DNA of 42,137 nucleotides from Oligoflexia bacterium (GTDB lineage Bacteria; Bdellovibrionota; UBA1018; CAIMNF01): NCBI GenBank assembly GCA_903858975.1, contig CAIOKW010000037.1, positions 1 to 42,137 of the forward strand, read 5' to 3'. Shown piece by piece: positions 41,894 to 42,137 of this stretch (position 1 is its first letter; each line of letters starts with the position of its first letter). The notes under the pieces were generated by a model. It saw only the letters and a program-made list of their open reading frames with translations, ran no database searches and was not told where the DNA came from. The position numbers and the translations under genes were made by a program.

Positions 41894-42137
41894 CTAAGCT
41901 TTCTCTAGCCCTTTGCCTTTATAAAACTCGATATAAATATCAAGAAGCGCGTCATAAAAGCGTTTACCTAATTCTACCGACGACTTTCGTGCGTCGCCCA
42001 AGATCCCGTTTGGAGTAATCATATGAAGCCCTTGAGTAACGATGGATTTCATCTCTTCTGCCGTCCACTCTTGTCCAGCGGGCATCGCACCTAATTCGAG
42101 TCTATTTTTTCGAACTCCATACTCGGGGTGTGTAAAC
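41894..42137 (-). CDS. Creatininase-family protein, C-terminal part (gene continues beyond the window end)
   Basis: The frame is open from the window edge (FTHPEYGVRKNRLELGAMPAGQEW...) to the stop at 41894. GILGDARKSSVELGKRFYDALL resembles the creatininase/MftE-type C-terminus. Confidence 0.45.
   Translation of the reverse strand, partial: FTHPEYGVRKNRLELGAMPAGQEWTAEEMKSIVTQGLHMITPNGILGDARKSSVELGKRFYDALLDIYIEFYKGKGLEKA

Noticed and set aside
1-42137. CRISPR arrays, rRNA or tRNA genes, IS elements, transposases and integrases.
   Set aside because: No spaced direct repeats, no rRNA/tRNA-like conserved segments and no DDE, tyrosine or serine recombinase motifs were found in any listed ORF or intergenic region.

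Overview
This 42.1-kb chromosomal window comes from a Gram-negative bacterium (AmpG and outer-membrane-type proteins are present). Many orphan secreted, Cys-rich proteins suggest a Bdellovibrio-like lineage, but that is only an inference. No rRNA, canonical tRNA, CRISPR array, transposase or integrase was seen.

Layout:
- 1-13.4 kb: housekeeping genes. These are the sdhC tail, sdhA, sdhB, a PPTase, an MFS transporter, a tricorn-type protease, a DUF72-like protein, a CopA Cu-ATPase, a Trm112-like methyltransferase and a BaiN/YhiN flavoprotein.
- 13.7-22.6 kb: an exopolysaccharide-type locus. An NfrB-family GT2 synthase lacking the c-di-GMP-binding MshEN tail is followed by four translationally coupled secreted proteins, with a convergent wecB.
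- 22.6-27.9 kb: mixed genes. These are two DUF883/ElaB-like tail-anchored proteins flanking a methyltransferase, plus ampG and alkB.
- 26.7-34.6 kb: six orphan secreted Cys-rich proteins. Five of them lie in two divergent operons around a 336-bp AT-rich control region.
- 35.7-41.9 kb: an AT-rich accessory islet between an SRPBCC/AHSA1 gene and a creatininase-family gene.

The islet holds a 127-nt cloverleaf-like structured RNA element, a Zn-ribbon/XRE-HTH pair and two secreted or phage-like proteins. It also holds my top candidate for a new system, on the minus strand. This is an intact two-gene operon: an 830-aa fusion of coiled coil, Cys4, archaeo-eukaryotic primase (AEP) and SF2 DExH helicase, translationally coupled to a 136-aa DUF1917/Bles03-like protein. 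It sits directly downstream of a decayed AbiE toxin-antitoxin module. All functional calls come from reading motifs by eye and no database search was run.
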